Shown: positions 39,887-53,759 of the stretch, in pieces
Layout: each line of letters opens with the position of its first letter
How positions within the stretch are numbered: the stretch's first letter is position 1
Assembly: GCA_000320545.1 (NCBI GenBank)
Contig: ADNK01003454.1
Span: 11,072-75,071, forward strand
Source of the DNA: Bigelowiella natans CCMP2755
Lineage: Eukaryota > Protista > Cercozoa
DNA length: 64,000 bases
Direction of reading: 5' to 3'
Notes under the pieces: model-generated
Seen by the model: the letters and a program-made list of their open reading frames with translations, nothing else
What the model was told of the DNA's origin: nothing
Database searches by the model: none
Position numbers and translations under genes: made by a program

Positions 39887-40630
39887 TGGAAATAGCTGTA
39901 ATAATTCGAGTTGAAATTGAAAATATTAGCGAATTAGAGGCCTTTGACCGTTTGGAACGTAATCTTACAGAAGATGCATTGCAAAAGTAGTACTAAGAGC
40001 TTATTGAGAAGAAGAGAATATAAAGAGAAATTATAATGATGCATGTCCACTGATCTCAAGAATATCAAGAGAAATTATAATGATGCATGTCCACTGATCT
40101 CATCATCAATCGCCCTGATCCTGATATTCTTCTTCATCTTCTAGATTGATTACTTATTTGTTGTCCTCTCATTATTATTACTCCTCCTCATCATCATCAT
40201 CACCAGTGAGCTACACTACTCACCTGCATCAAATATGTCGAAGGAAGAAGCTATGCAGCTACTTGCATCTCAAGTATATAAAGATGATGCAGAGGAAGGG
40301 GGGGGGGGTGATGAAGAAGAGGTTTCAGGGCAGAGAAGACCAGATAATATCATCGAGAAAGAGCAGATATCTATCAACAACGTCACAGAATCACCACCAC
40401 AACCTCGCCAAGCAACATCAGCGGGCATATCATCACCGGTAGTAATTATGAATCTATATTGCTACTTTTGCGATGACAACAAAGAAAGAGAAGAAAATGG
40501 TGAGGAGGAGGAAGAAGAAAACGATTGTAGAATATTACAGCAGCTACCAGGCCATTTTGTTAATTATTTTCATCGTAAGAACCCCAGCAGTAGCAGCAAT
40601 ACACTGATGGTAACACTGAAGTTTATATAT

Positions 40631-40669
<39 letters not shown>

Positions 40670-40812
40670 GTGTGCTGCCAGCACACTCATCATCCAGCAC
40701 ACTCATCATCATCATCATCATCATCATCACTATTATTATCATTATCATTATCATTATCATCATTGACTAACACCAATTATAACTACTGGTTACTCTCGTT
40801 CTCCTTCTTCTT

Positions 40813-40843
<31 letters not shown>

Positions 40844-41056
40844 TAAAAATACATTAACAGGAAGCTGCTGCATCATTTCATTCTGGCAAAGACAACAACG
40901 ATGATGATGATAATGATGATGATGATGATCAATATCGTAATTTAACGGTTAGGAATCTGAACAAGCATACTTTACATCCCAAAGATAACGGTGGGGAGCA
41001 ACAAGAAGAAGAAAATGATGATGAGAGAGTGATGCGTAACAAATACTTCAAGTTGT

Positions 41057-41118
<62 letters not shown>

Positions 41119-41383
41119 ACACAAGAGTGTTATGATCACTTCTCATTCTTATTCTTATTATCATCCTACTCCTCCTAATCCTTCTCCTTGATGTTTCTTA
41201 CTTATTGTGATAGTATCATCATCAGAGAATGTGGGTGGTTATCATCTTCCTATAAATCATCATCATCATCATAATGATAATGTCACAGTATTCAAAGATG
41301 AGCTTGAACGGGTTGTTGTAGTAGTAGTGGCTATAGTTGTTATTGTTCTTGATAATATCATCATCATTCATGTAAACCAGCCT

Positions 41384-41437
<54 letters not shown>

Positions 41438-42064
41438 TCCTCCCCTTTTTATGCCTCCCACTTGCTCAATACTGTCGTGTTAGAAATTGAATCAAATGTT
41501 TAAGCAGCTGGTGGTTGGTGTTGTTTGTTTCTTCCTCCTCCTTCATCGTAATGTATCCTACTACTATTCAATAATAATAACAACAACAACAATAATAATA
41601 ATAATAATAATAGGACATAGCGTTGTTTAAGGCCAGTTGGCCTCAACCCAACCCCATCGATGATGAGGAGATATCACAATACCTGATATTTAATTTGGTA
41701 GTAGCAATTAAGAGATAATACCACCATAGAGTTGTTACGTGTGAATGATCTTAATCAACCATGTTAATGTTGTGATGATGATGATGCTACTGAGCATGAT
41801 GATGATGAGGTGGTGGTGGTGGAGGAGGAGGAAGTAGGGAAAGATTATCCTTCTTTTTATCTCGTATTTTAGCTGCTGTAATTCTCCTTTTATTGTCTTC
41901 CTAATGATATTTTTCCTCATTTAACTAGTTAACCACCTTTGTTATATGGTTTACAATGAGTTTATTACTTTATCAATGTTTGATACAATACACTGCTGCT
42001 TGCCAACCATTCATTATACACTGCCAAAGTCACAACTGGAGACGATAGATGACAAATCAATTGG

Positions 42065-42102
<38 letters not shown>

Positions 42103-43064
42103 CAATCAATGACTCAAATAACAAAGGAGTATTCATTTTCCAAAACCATCAATTCCCACAAGTTAATAAGAAAGAAAGAAAGAAAGAAAGTCAACAACGT
42201 CGTATTCTTCTTCTTCTTCAACTTCTTCTTCTTCTTCTTCTTCTTAGGTTGGATGATAATGCTTGCGTGTTTGTTGATAATAACATCTTAGTTGGATGAT
42301 AATGCTTGTGTGTTTATTGATAATAACATCTTACAGACTCACACCTGATTGGATGTGGGAATATGATGCTATGTACGACGGTAGTACCTCTATCATCATC
42401 ATCATCATCATTATGTTAATACTACTATGCGATATTATTATATATGCTTAGTACTGCTTTAGTAATCACCGCACCTCCTCCTCCTCCTCCTCCTTTTTCT
42501 TTTCCTCTTCTGATTTGAAAGAACCTATGGAATTGAACGTACGATTGAGCCGTGCGGTAAGTGTTACAACAACAGTGTCTTAGAAACTATCATGATAATC
42601 ATGATAATCATGATGATGATGATGATGATGGATGATGATGATGATGATGATGGATAAGCAGGTTCGTAAAAACGATACAAATACTGCTTTGTTAATATGG
42701 CAAAAATTGGAACAAGACGTAAGTGAAAAGAAGAACAAGAAGAAGAAGCAGCAGCAGCGTCCAATATATCGTTATCATCATTGTTGTGTTGTTGTTCTCG
42801 TCTTTGTAATCTGATAATACTCTTCCGTAAGACTACTAATCATTGCCAAATCCCACTTACTACTACCACTACTACCACTACTACCACTACTATTACTATA
42901 GGAAAAAGACAACACAATGGCTAGATCTGTGAGATCTTACAATGTCGGTCAAAGATTCTATTAGACCTCTCTGTATCTTTGCTGCTGCTTTGGAAGAGTA
43001 GCATGATTATGGCAGCTGATTGATTTATTATTATTCACAACTACTACCATTGTTTTATGTTTTA

Positions 43065-43095
<31 letters not shown>

Positions 43096-43542
43096 ATAAA
43101 ATGATGAAAGTAAGTGTCATTGCTCTCTCCTCACAGGCCATGCTTCAACTGCACTACAATCACTGGAACGATGATCTATTTCAGGATCTTTACTCATATG
43201 CTACACATCGTCTGGTAATGACGACTAAAGTCCTCCTTCTCCTCCTCACTAATTAGCAATAGTACTAGTAGCAGTATTAGTAGCTCGATGATGTTTATTT
43301 AGTGATTATGATATGTGATCTAATTGTTGGTGATGATGCATGTTCAGAGGCCTGAGAAGGAAAGAGGAGACTCCAATACTTACACTTTAATGTACAATAC
43401 TAACAACATAATAATAATACTACCACGTCACGTCAGTAGTGCAGCAATAAAAAGAGGAGAAGGAGAAGGAGGGGTAGTAGTAGATTTATCATCGTGAATA
43501 TTAGTATAAAATAGATGCCGTCGTGAGTTGTCTTTCTCACTG

Positions 43543-43577
<35 letters not shown>

Positions 43578-43693
43578 GATGATGATGATGATGATGCTAC
43601 TATTGATACTGCCTCTGGTAAAAGTGTTATGTACATATCGTAGTATGTCAATCACCAGCAACAATGCTTAAGCACTACTAGCGCACACACGCA

Positions 43694-43729
<36 letters not shown>

Positions 43730-44737
43730 AATCTTTCCTCACCTCCCTAGCTCTCTATGATCTATCCTTCCATCCTCTAAGGCTCTGTGACTGCTTGAGA
43801 AGAAATAAGACTAAAGAGCTGTGGGATACATATGCAAAGATGATGACCCTCATGTGCGTATTAGTAGTAGAAATAGTAGTTGTAGTAGGTTTTAGTAGTA
43901 CTTGTTTATGATCACAACGATAATGATGATGATGACGATAATGGTGCTTGTGGTGGCAAAGGATGCCTACTAGTCTTTCTGTGACCCCAATGCTGCTGCT
44001 GCTGCTGCTTTAGGAAACTTCCAAGTGCTGTAATGTGGGGAAAATTGATAGAACACAGATGCAAACATAACCAGCATGAAGAAGCACTACACCTACTGGA
44101 GGAAATGCGAATTCATGAGGTAGTAGTAGTAGTAGTAGCAGCAGCAGCATATTAGAGCATTTTTGTTTTATTCATATGATGTTTTCTCTTATTTGTTCAT
44201 TTGTCTCTCCTCCCATTCTCTTTATTTCTCCTCCCCCTCTCATCATCAGGTGCCTCCAACAAATGCTACACTTCAGCTATTAGCACGTGAAATATATACA
44301 AAAAATAGAACAAATCACTTGTATCCTTTTTGGATGGCATGTGGACGGTTATGTCTAGGAGGACTTAGAATACACACTGACCTCCTCAGGGTACTTACTT
44401 ACTACTTTGTTTGCTGCTAAAAAGATAGTACTGCTGAGTCTTTTACTTCATCGCTGCACAATGAATTACACGCACGCTCAAACACAACACATCGTCGTAG
44501 TCGTCATATACATTTTGCTGTTGTGATGATCATATTGGTGTGTTCTTGTCCGTTTTTGCTACTTGTTCCCCCCCTCTTTGCCGTAATATAGTCGATGATC
44601 GATGCTGGATTAAGACTTGGTACTACCCACTTACTTAATTACTTACTTACTTACTTACTTATGATTCTTCTCTCCCTCTCACTCTCCCTCTCCCTCCCTC
44701 CCACAAGAAAAGCACTGCTGCTGCTGCTGTCTACTTA

Positions 44738-44775
<38 letters not shown>

Positions 44776-45065
44776 TGCTTACTACTCGCATGTTAAATAA
44801 TATAACTGGTGAGTCTATCCTCCTCTTGAAACACAAACACGTATTGGTTGGTGATAAATTGCACTTCATCGTTGTGTAGTATCATCCTTGAAAAGTAGTC
44901 GTATTACCACAAGAGCAGCAAGTATTATCTAAAATCCATCATAAATTATTCCCATCATGCATGCGTGCATACATGATTTCCATGACGAGTAGGGTTTGAC
45001 GAGCAATCACAAATTCTTCTTGATTTCTACAATGGAGACCTCCATGCTATAGCTAGCCGGTACTT

Positions 45066-45102
<37 letters not shown>

Positions 45103-45145
45103 GTGGTGCTGCTATTGCTGCTGCTGCACCATGTGATCCTGTAGA

Positions 45146-45193
<48 letters not shown>

Positions 45194-46406
45194 TTGATAG
45201 AAAAGGCCAGCAAGAGTTACTAAGTACATGATGGGATGGCTGAGTTGTAGATGTGCGTCATCAAAATGATGATGATGATAATGATGATGATGATGATCAG
45301 TACAATCACTGCTGTTGTTGTTGCTGCTGCTGCTACTACTACAACTAATTGGGAATGACGATGATGATACAATAACATCGTAATAGGTTCAGAATGGATG
45401 AAATAAGATCCAGCATCTATAATCAAGTACTGCTACTAGTACTAGTTAGAACAACTAGTAGCACACTACTTTGAATACACCTCTAGAGAAGGAGGAGGCC
45501 TAGTTAGAACAACTAGTAGCACACTACTTTGAATACACCTCTAGAGAAGGAGGAGGCCCTGCTGTGTACATCATATTTTTCCTCTGGTCTCTCTCTCTCT
45601 CTCTCTCCCCCCCCCACCCCCCTCTTGCTACCACACCCACACACACAAACATAGTATGGGTGTTTGTTTTATGCACCAACCACCGCTTATTCTATTACTA
45701 CGGTTGATTAATATTGCTACTTACTGCTGTAGGAAAAAAGGAAGAGAGAAAGAAAATTTAATTTGGAGATAAAATATTCAGGAGCAGACACAGTAGAAGA
45801 TGTACGTGTGAGTGTTGTTCTTGACGCCAATAGGATTAGCTACTACTGCGACTCTAAATAGTATTAATATCTCACACTTAACCATCAAAGGATGTTAATT
45901 GTGATTCATAATTACCAACAATATATTCGTCCAAATTTCCTTGCGCGTATGCTGACTGTTGGTTGATGTAATTATCATGATAGAATGTGTATTGTAGTTG
46001 TTGTTGTAATAAATGACGCAAAGTAATGAAATTCTAGATCATCCAAAGAGCAGAGAGCTACTATGAACGGCCTCTCGCTAAGATACAGAAAAGGAACAAA
46101 TCGCAGTTAATATCGGTGCCAAATGAGGTGTGTAGTACCATACATTTCTGCTTCCTCCCTTCTCCTCAGTGTCATCTTTTCTTTGATAAAGAGTTGTTCT
46201 ATACCTTGTACAATATTTCCACTTCAATCTGTGATTACGTCATCGTTCAATGATTTGATCATCCTGTGCTCAAACTGCAAATAGATGCTGAAACCTAAAA
46301 ATATGATGACTAATTACCTTCGATTCGCTCATCCTCCAGGTATGTTTGTTTGTCTCCTTCTCTTCTTCCTCTTCTTTGTCTACTACATCATTTTCATGAA
46401 AAGAAA

Positions 46407-46447
<41 letters not shown>

Positions 46448-46773
46448 CTTATGCCCATATAAAAATAAACATCTGCTTCAGGAATCGTAAGGACGAATGG
46501 AAGTATACAATTACCATCATCGTCATCATCGATATCCCCAAACCATCCTCCAGGAGCGTTTTTTCGTAGACCGCAGCATCATCAGCATCAGCATCAGCAT
46601 CAGCAACAACAACAAAGTCTCATGGAAAATTATTATCGTCAGCTTCCAACACACATGTAAAATAATTGCATATAAGGGGGGGGGCGAGGGGAAGTACAGA
46701 GCGAACTTAGAGTAGTGTGTGTGTGTGTTTGTGTGTGTGTGTTTGCTTTGACTCCATTATTCCTTCATTTATT

Positions 46774-46813
<40 letters not shown>

Positions 46814-46892
46814 TTTGCTTTGTACTCTCCATTATTCCTTCATTTATTGGCCTCCCATTGCTACTCAATATTAGCTCTATCCCTCTCTCTTT

Positions 46893-46934
<42 letters not shown>

Positions 46935-47800
46935 TGATTTTAACTATTGGTTCATTATGATGATACATGTTCTTCAGGAATCCTCAAATCTACAATCTTC
47001 CCGCCGGTGCTTCTTCGTCGTCATACCTTGCAAATCAAAATCCAAATGCGTTTTTGCCCACACCCCACTATGTTCATCAAGTCATGGCTGCTCCTCCAAG
47101 GGGTACTAGTAGCAGTTGTAGACGTTGTAGTAGTAGTAGTTGTTGTTGTTGTTGTAGTAGTAAAGTCGAGAAGTATTATATTAGTAGCATGTTGCTCCTC
47201 CTCCATATCCGTATTTGTCCTTCATTCTATCATTCTTAAATTGTTTTCTTGAAGCAATTCATCGTCGGTGTGTTGTGGGGGTTTTGCTGCTGTTTCATAA
47301 CATCCCACCCCTTTTTGTTCTGTTTGCTGCTGTTTCCATTTGTATCTTCTCATCGATTGAAGTTACATCATACTACCTGGTATTATAACTACTACTGCTA
47401 TAATGTGTTGTAGGTTCTTACGAGCCCTTGCCGGTGTCTCCAATCTTTGATTCTGGTTTCTCTGAAATGGCTCCTATTCCATACATCGTGAGTGATGAGA
47501 ATGAAATCACAATGATGATGATGATGATGATAGTACATTAGTAGTATGGAGGATGATATCAGTAATAATTGATGATAAAAGGGAAAAGGGTAATGAGAAC
47601 GAATTGATGTGCTCTTTTCTACACAAACAACAACTCATTTGTTTGTGGGTTGTTGTCATCATCATCAGCCTGAGAGCCGTAGTCTGCTCGAGGAAAGACC
47701 GTTGCCTCCAGAATGGAGTGAGCACGTGAGCGAGAAGGGAGGCACTGTCTATTACTACAATAAAATTACAAGACAATCCACTTGGACAAGGCCTGTCTAA
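37891..47800 (+). CDS. Pentatricopeptide-repeat (PPR) protein with bipartite N-terminal presequence and C-terminal WW domain, about 31 small exons
   Basis: Spliced PPR-like motifs RSVRSYN|AMLQLHY...; GDSNTYTLM|LCDCLRRNKTKELWDTYAKMMTLM|KLPSAVMWGKLIEHRCKHNQHEEALHLLEEMRIHE|VPPTNATLQLL (42901-44390). WW domain LPPEWSEHVSEKGGTVYYYNKITRQSTWTRP (47699-47797). N-terminal hydrophobic GYIVFLILFVLSAM followed by an S/R-rich segment. Most junctions are phase-consistent; 40.3-41.6 kb is less certain. Confidence 0.7.
45442..45557 (+). repeat. Perfect 58-bp tandem duplication in an intron
   Basis: ctagttagaacaactagtagcacactactttgaatacacctctagagaaggaggaggc x2. Confidence 0.95.
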
Positions 47801-47849
47801 ATAAATTACCATAGAGCTGTTATCAGCATTGCCTCTGTGCGGCGTGATT

Positions 47850-48950
47850 GCACTCTTCATAAGATGGAGGATTCCATCATGCACAGAAACTCGCTTATAT
47901 TTCCTCTTGACCACCTGCAGAATTTATCCAAGTTTTGATCCGAGAATGTATCATGTTCGTAGAAAATAAGCTCTATCGTCGTATGTAGCATCGATGCATC
48001 CATCTATGCATAGGTGCAATGCATGATTTTCTATGATTTTGTGATTGTTCATTATTCTGTATATTATATTGCATATGATTGATGATTACTCACGCAAATA
48101 CGCACAGTATGCCCGTGCAAACGATTCTGGCGACGACAAGCTACAAGCAATGTGCAATGTGTTCTAGTGTTTGTACGCTCATCTGGACATGTACGCACGC
48201 TGTCTCGTCAAGATACCCAGATAATCAAGCTTCTAGCTATGCAAGACGTGTGTGCATACGTACGCAAGATACGTCTACTAGTCTAGACACGCTTGCATAT
48301 GCTAGCATGATCGCACGCAATCTAGCAATAGTTATACATGATGCTGCTATGCCCATGGCTAGCAGATATTGCATTGCCGTAGCTCGTATGTACGTTTGCA
48401 CATTTTGTTTGTTAGCGTCTATATCTAGATATATGCCATTTGCTTTAGATCAGCTACATCCATAGAGACATGCTTTTTGTGCATGTAGAAGGACCGCTGC
48501 TGTTAAGCTCTATAGCTCACACAGGTAAGACAGTTCAAGAGGTGTCACACACGTCGAAATTTAATGAGGATTTACGTTATTGTGCGCACGTGAATATGCA
48601 ATGAACAACAATATAATATGGCAGCACAGATAGATTGTGTAATAATCTGAAAAATAGTGCAACATCACGGTATGCTACGGTCGGTAGCAATAATATGCTC
48701 TAGATGCTGTCCGATAGCATTGTGCTGCTGCCTATAGATCACGTATGTGCATGGTGATACATGTCATTTAGTACATTATATTACTTAGTGTCATCATATG
48801 GCTAGCAGTAGTTACACATGCTGCCGCAGAGTCTATAGTAGAGTCTATTACAGTAGCTGTAGCGGTACTGATGGTGGCTACATTGCTCTTAATCGTGTTC
48901 TTATTGGTTTTGTAAAAAGCTAAAATATCATCACCTCCATATTTCAACAA
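47850..48950. other. Partially converted CATG/CTAG-rich spacer between convergent genes
   Basis: Excess catg/tgca/ctag; TA only partly lost. Confidence 0.6.
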
Positions 48951-48973
48951 ATATGCATGGGGATATGTTGCGT

Positions 48974-49683
48974 TCAATGCCGTGTTAATGCTGAGCTTCT
49001 TCGATGATATTCGTCCACTTCCTGATGAAAATCATACAATTATGGATGTCATCCAATAGATCTATAGGTTCATTTGAAAGTAGGCTCAACTACCTTTCTA
49101 AATCGTTCACGATCTAGAGAGGCCTTGGCCTCGAAGGGCTTTTATAATACAAAAGGCAAACAGCAATGCATATGCGATGATTTATTCGATAAAAATACAG
49201 GTGTAACTTTAAAAACAATCTTAGATAAAGTGTTTTCTAATCACCGCTTTTGCTTCTTCCGACATTATTCTCCACATAGCTCCAAGTTTTGCACCGATCT
49301 AGTCAATAGCCAAAAGCAGTCAAAACGAAGTTCAATTAAGAATGTTAGTAGCTTCACTGATAATTTTGAAACAACTATAAAATTGGTTTGTGTTGGCGAA
49401 AGAAAGCAGATGACTGGAAATCAATCACATGCACAACAGTCGAAGACCTTGCCAAAAGGAAGATTAGGATGCTGCTGTTTAACGCGAGAGCGATGTTCTT
49501 TACAAAAAACCATATATGCGTTTGCTGCTTGTCGAGGAGCTCCTGGATCCTGAACATTGAAACCATTATATTTGGGGTGCTTAAAAGACAGACAGACAGA
49601 CAAACACCGACGACTCTCATCATCCTTACTGAAACTATTGTGCATGAAAAAACGGTAATCTTTGTTTTACTCTCTTCTCTCTC

Positions 49684-49736
<53 letters not shown>

Positions 49737-50212
49737 TTCTATGAGTGATAGTATGTGTGTGGGGCAGTTTGGGGCATGTATATCAATATTGTTTCATTTT
49801 CTTTTATTCTTGCCCGTTTTCTTTTAATTGGCCGATGATTATTGTTTTCGCTAGACTGTATTGGATCTGTGGAGATGTTCATGCCAGTCTGCATGTTAAA
49901 AATGAAATTTATATAGCTTCTAAGTATATGATTTTTTGTACGACTAGATCCACTATAAGCGTATATGGCGTTTCGAAAATCATCTTATAACGTCAATACC
50001 TCACATTTCGGACAGGTAATGCATCTATAACTCGAAGGCACTTTTAGCAGTTCACGGCAATTGATACAGTTCGTGTAGCAAAAGTCTAAAAAAGAAAAAG
50101 GAGAAGAAGAGGAAGAAGAAGAACCCCCCCCCTTTGCGTTAACATAACGGTAAATTATCGATCGCATATGATGCTGCTAGATGACTATGGCTATAATAAT
50201 GATATACTTCAA

Positions 50213-50281
<69 letters not shown>

Positions 50282-50815
50282 CAGGATTCGTTTTCATACT
50301 TCTCTCGCACCTAGGCAAAACACAATAGCAATATGTTAATCTTTCTTTGTGATTCTATGTCTATGTGAGAATTACTGTTTTTTACCTTGGGCCTTGTAGT
50401 GTTTCATAAATGAAGAATGGTAATAACGATCAATAACCAATGAGATGATAGAGGGTTGATTTCATGTGTAGAGTAAAACGATTAAATATTGAATGTGAAT
50501 ATTAAGAAGATACAATTATGTAACACGTCATTTTGAGACATGAATGGTGTAGGTGACATTGGATATAGATTGCTGTGCTCGGATACCTTCGAATCAAGCC
50601 CATAAAATTTCCATAAAAAATGTATGCGATTGTGAAAAGCTGCGAGGGTAAATCTTCTGGTTTTGTTCTCACCGAAGCTTGGCGCGGCAATGGGGACAAT
50701 TTGTTATCGATGTGTTCAAAACAGTAGTAGTATTAGCGGTAGTAGATTTGGGCTTGCTTTTCGTTTTCTTTTCTTGCTTTTGAATTGTTGGAGTCCTTCG
50801 TTTCCGTGATTCCAT
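48974..50815 (-). CDS. Protein with two LSD1-type C4 zinc fingers and a C-terminal HMG box
   Basis: CPHCRAKLR|YPSTAIYIQ|CP|RCERSMKTNP|DFCYTNCINCRELLKVPSSYRCITCPKCE|...RKR|DPGAPRQAANAYMVFCKEHRSRVKQQHPNLPFGK|IGAKLGAMWRIMSEEAKA|PFEAKASLDRERFRK|EVDEY. Model includes a 7-nt exon (50392-50386) and a GC donor (49813). Confidence 0.8.
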
Positions 50816-51386
50816 CACAAGTCCTGGGAGGAGGAAGGTGGTTGGTAGGAGTGCACGTGCTTCCGTATTTACATAACATGCATGCAAGCACGCATACAAG
50901 CACATATGGACCCATAATTGCGCTGCTTTAAACAAGAATCACCTAGAATTTTGCAACATATCAATTACATCTACATGACGCAGAAGGTAGTCATCCTTAT
51001 CTTCACAGTTTTCGTAATCTAGAGAGAGCCAAAGAGAGATCTGACCATTTTTGTGCTTTACTGACAAACACTCATGAATACCAACACATCGTCAATCATC
51101 GAAGTGCCTTTTGATACTGCGACCAGGTAAAAAAGAAATAATGCAGTAAAAATGCATTCTTGAACCTGAAAGAATGAGTTTGTAAGGAGAGACAAGACGT
51201 TTTAGTTGTCGCAGTTGGGAATCGTGTATCATCATAATCCTGCGCCCCTGTAGCGTGGTCGAAATCGGAATATCGAATCACTGATCATCATCGATTGGGT
51301 GGGGGGACACAGCAGCCGCTCGACCGTTAATACTATCATTTGGAAAAAGCACCAAATTACATACTGTATTCGAAGGAAGAATTATA

Positions 51387-52512
51387 ATGCTCAGTTCGGG
51401 CAAGGGTTCAAACAAGAAGAGAAATAGCAATTCTACCAATGTTGCGGTTGCATGCCTCGGATACATGATATGCTCGTCTCTTATGCTAATCGCCAACAAG
51501 GTATTTAGTTTTAAATTCTGCACCCCTAATGTTAGTGGTGTTAATGAGTGTTCTCTACTACTACTAATGAACACTTCTTACATGCCCTCCTCCTCCTCTT
51601 TGTATGTAAATGTAGCTGGCAGTGAACTTCTTCCCCGCTCCTGGAATTGTGTTGATTCTTCAGCTCGGAGTTACTGCATTGGTTGTTAAGTTGTCGGGGT
51701 ATCTACTACATTTTAAAATCGTAATTAGAATTTTCTAGTGTAGAGTTCAAAGCGTCTAATCACAAGATAATAATAATACGCATAAATCAGGATTGCAGGC
51801 CTGATTGAAGTCGATGATCTTGAGTGGTCTAAGGTCATAGTCGTAACCTCCCTTTAAAACTACAACAAGGACTACTACTAGTCTACTACCACTACGGATG
51901 ATCTAGCTACTTATTGGCATGGCATGCATCTCTTAGGTTTTTGTTGTTGATGATATGTAGAGTGTGATAACTTCTTATGGTGGATCACTACTAGGTTAAA
52001 CCGTACATGTTGGTAGCGGTAGCGTTCTTATCGACAATCTACACCAATATCAAAACGCTTCAATATGCGAACGTGGAGACATTTATTGTGTTCAGATCCT
52101 CAACTCCAATCTTGGGTTTGTAATTTTGAAGCTGCTGCTTGGAATTATGTCGAATATTTTGTGATGTTACTCCTTCAATATCTCCCCTTTATTACTTGTA
52201 TCTTGAGAGAAATGTGCCGCCATTATTCTGTTTCCTTGTTCTTGCGACCAATGACTGAAAGAATGTTTAATGTGCTACTACTAAATACTGGTGCTGCATA
52301 TAATTCGTGAATACTAATGTCGTTAGTCTCCGTGGCAGACTGGATGTTCCTTGGTCGAGAGTTGCCTTCTATGCAGTCATCAGTTTGTCTCGGGGGGCTA
52401 CTTCTTGGAGCAATTGGCTACGTCTTATCGGATACAAAACCCGAAGTAATGATCAATAACGATAACACCCATTGGGAGGATAAACTATATCATAACTTAT
52501 CTTTCCCTTCGC

Positions 52513-52557
<45 letters not shown>

Positions 52558-53648
52558 AGATCACATGCTAACCATCTATGTAGGTAAATGGATACGCTTG
52601 GGTAGTCGTGTGGTATGCTGTATTCTGTTTTGATCAGGTATATGGTAATATGGAAATGTGTTACAGAAGAGAAGCACTTACTCCCTACATTATATTGCCA
52701 GATATACCTCAAGCATGCTGCAGACAACGTGAAAATGAGAAGCAATTGGGGAAAAGTAATAACTGTGATTTAAGAAATAATAAAGAAAGAAAACGAGAGA
52801 GACTTTGGCAGTTTTCTTGAATTGTAGTGGTTAATTTATAATTGATTGATGATGTTAGTGAATAATACCACACACACACCTCCTAGGTCTATTACTCAAA
52901 TTTACTTGCCTGTGCTCCTCTTACTCTTATCACCATCGTAACTCAAGAAACAACGGTATAGCATAGCACCTACAAAATAATTATGAATGGGGGGGGAGAG
53001 ACTCACCATAATTTCTGATAATATGTGAGTAGAGCCTGCTTCTGCTGTATAAATAATGATCAATTCTCACGTTCGTCCTCGTTTGCATATATTATAATGT
53101 TGTATAGGTTCTCACAGAATTGCCAAGTGTCGAAGCATTGCTCGCTGTCGGTCTCTCCATTCTTCTTGGGGTACGTACCTGCCGTGTTAATGTCCTGACG
53201 TTATTATTTGAGACGGTGGACATTAATTTCTGATATTATCCCTTCATATATGTATATCATCCAAATACCAATAGGTAGCAATGAGTTATTTTGCCTGGAT
53301 GGCGCGTTCCCTTATTTCGGCGACATATTTCACTGTGGTCGGCAATTCTTGCAAGGTTTTGTAAAATTGAAATTATGGAAGATAAAAGAGAATTATGGGA
53401 GAAAACAGAGAAAGGGGGAAATGAAGCGAATGGTATTTATAAATGAAAGTGTGTGTGTATATGTGTGTATATCTCCACCAATTTAGATCATCACCATAAT
53501 CATTAATCGGTGTATCTGGGATAAACATGCAACGAACCAGGGATTGGTATTTCTTCTTTTATGCCTACTTTGTGCATACTATTACAAACAAGCACCAAAA
53601 AGAAAAGGATCTGACCCTGCATCCAGTAAACCGAAGATTCCGCTTTAA
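51387..53648 (+). CDS. Golgi nucleotide-sugar transporter (GDP-sugar, GONST/Vrg4-like, DMT superfamily)
   Basis: Spliced motifs CSSLMLIANK, YTNIKTLQYANVETFIVFRSSTPI, DWMFLGRELPS, YYSNLLA, AMSYFAWMARSLISATYFTVVGNSCKVL, IWDKHAT. Confidence 0.9.
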
Positions 53649-53759
53649 ACACCTTCTGATAAGATTGGCAGTATGGAAACTACAACATGTATTAGATCTC
53701 TATACCCTTCAATTCGTTAGCAATTGGTCGGAAACCACATCTTAATTGTGGAGTCTAAT

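Larger units (their letters stand above)
10850..50290. repeat. Abundant microsatellites, mostly intronic: (CA)n, (GA)n, (TA)n, (GAT)n, (TAG)n, (CAG)n, (GAA)n, (GAG)n
   Basis: Visible throughout; densest in introns of the genes at 10.3-20.4 kb and 37.9-47.8 kb. Confidence 0.95.

Noticed and set aside
15177-47252. ORF-track entries made of ERER, YIYI, CVCV, poly-M/S/V
   Set aside because: These are translations of microsatellites within introns.
17680-50290. Adjacent (CAG)n and (TAG)n tracts as evidence of CHG methylation
   Set aside because: Slippage after a single substitution explains them; direction cannot be inferred and they lie in unconverted introns.
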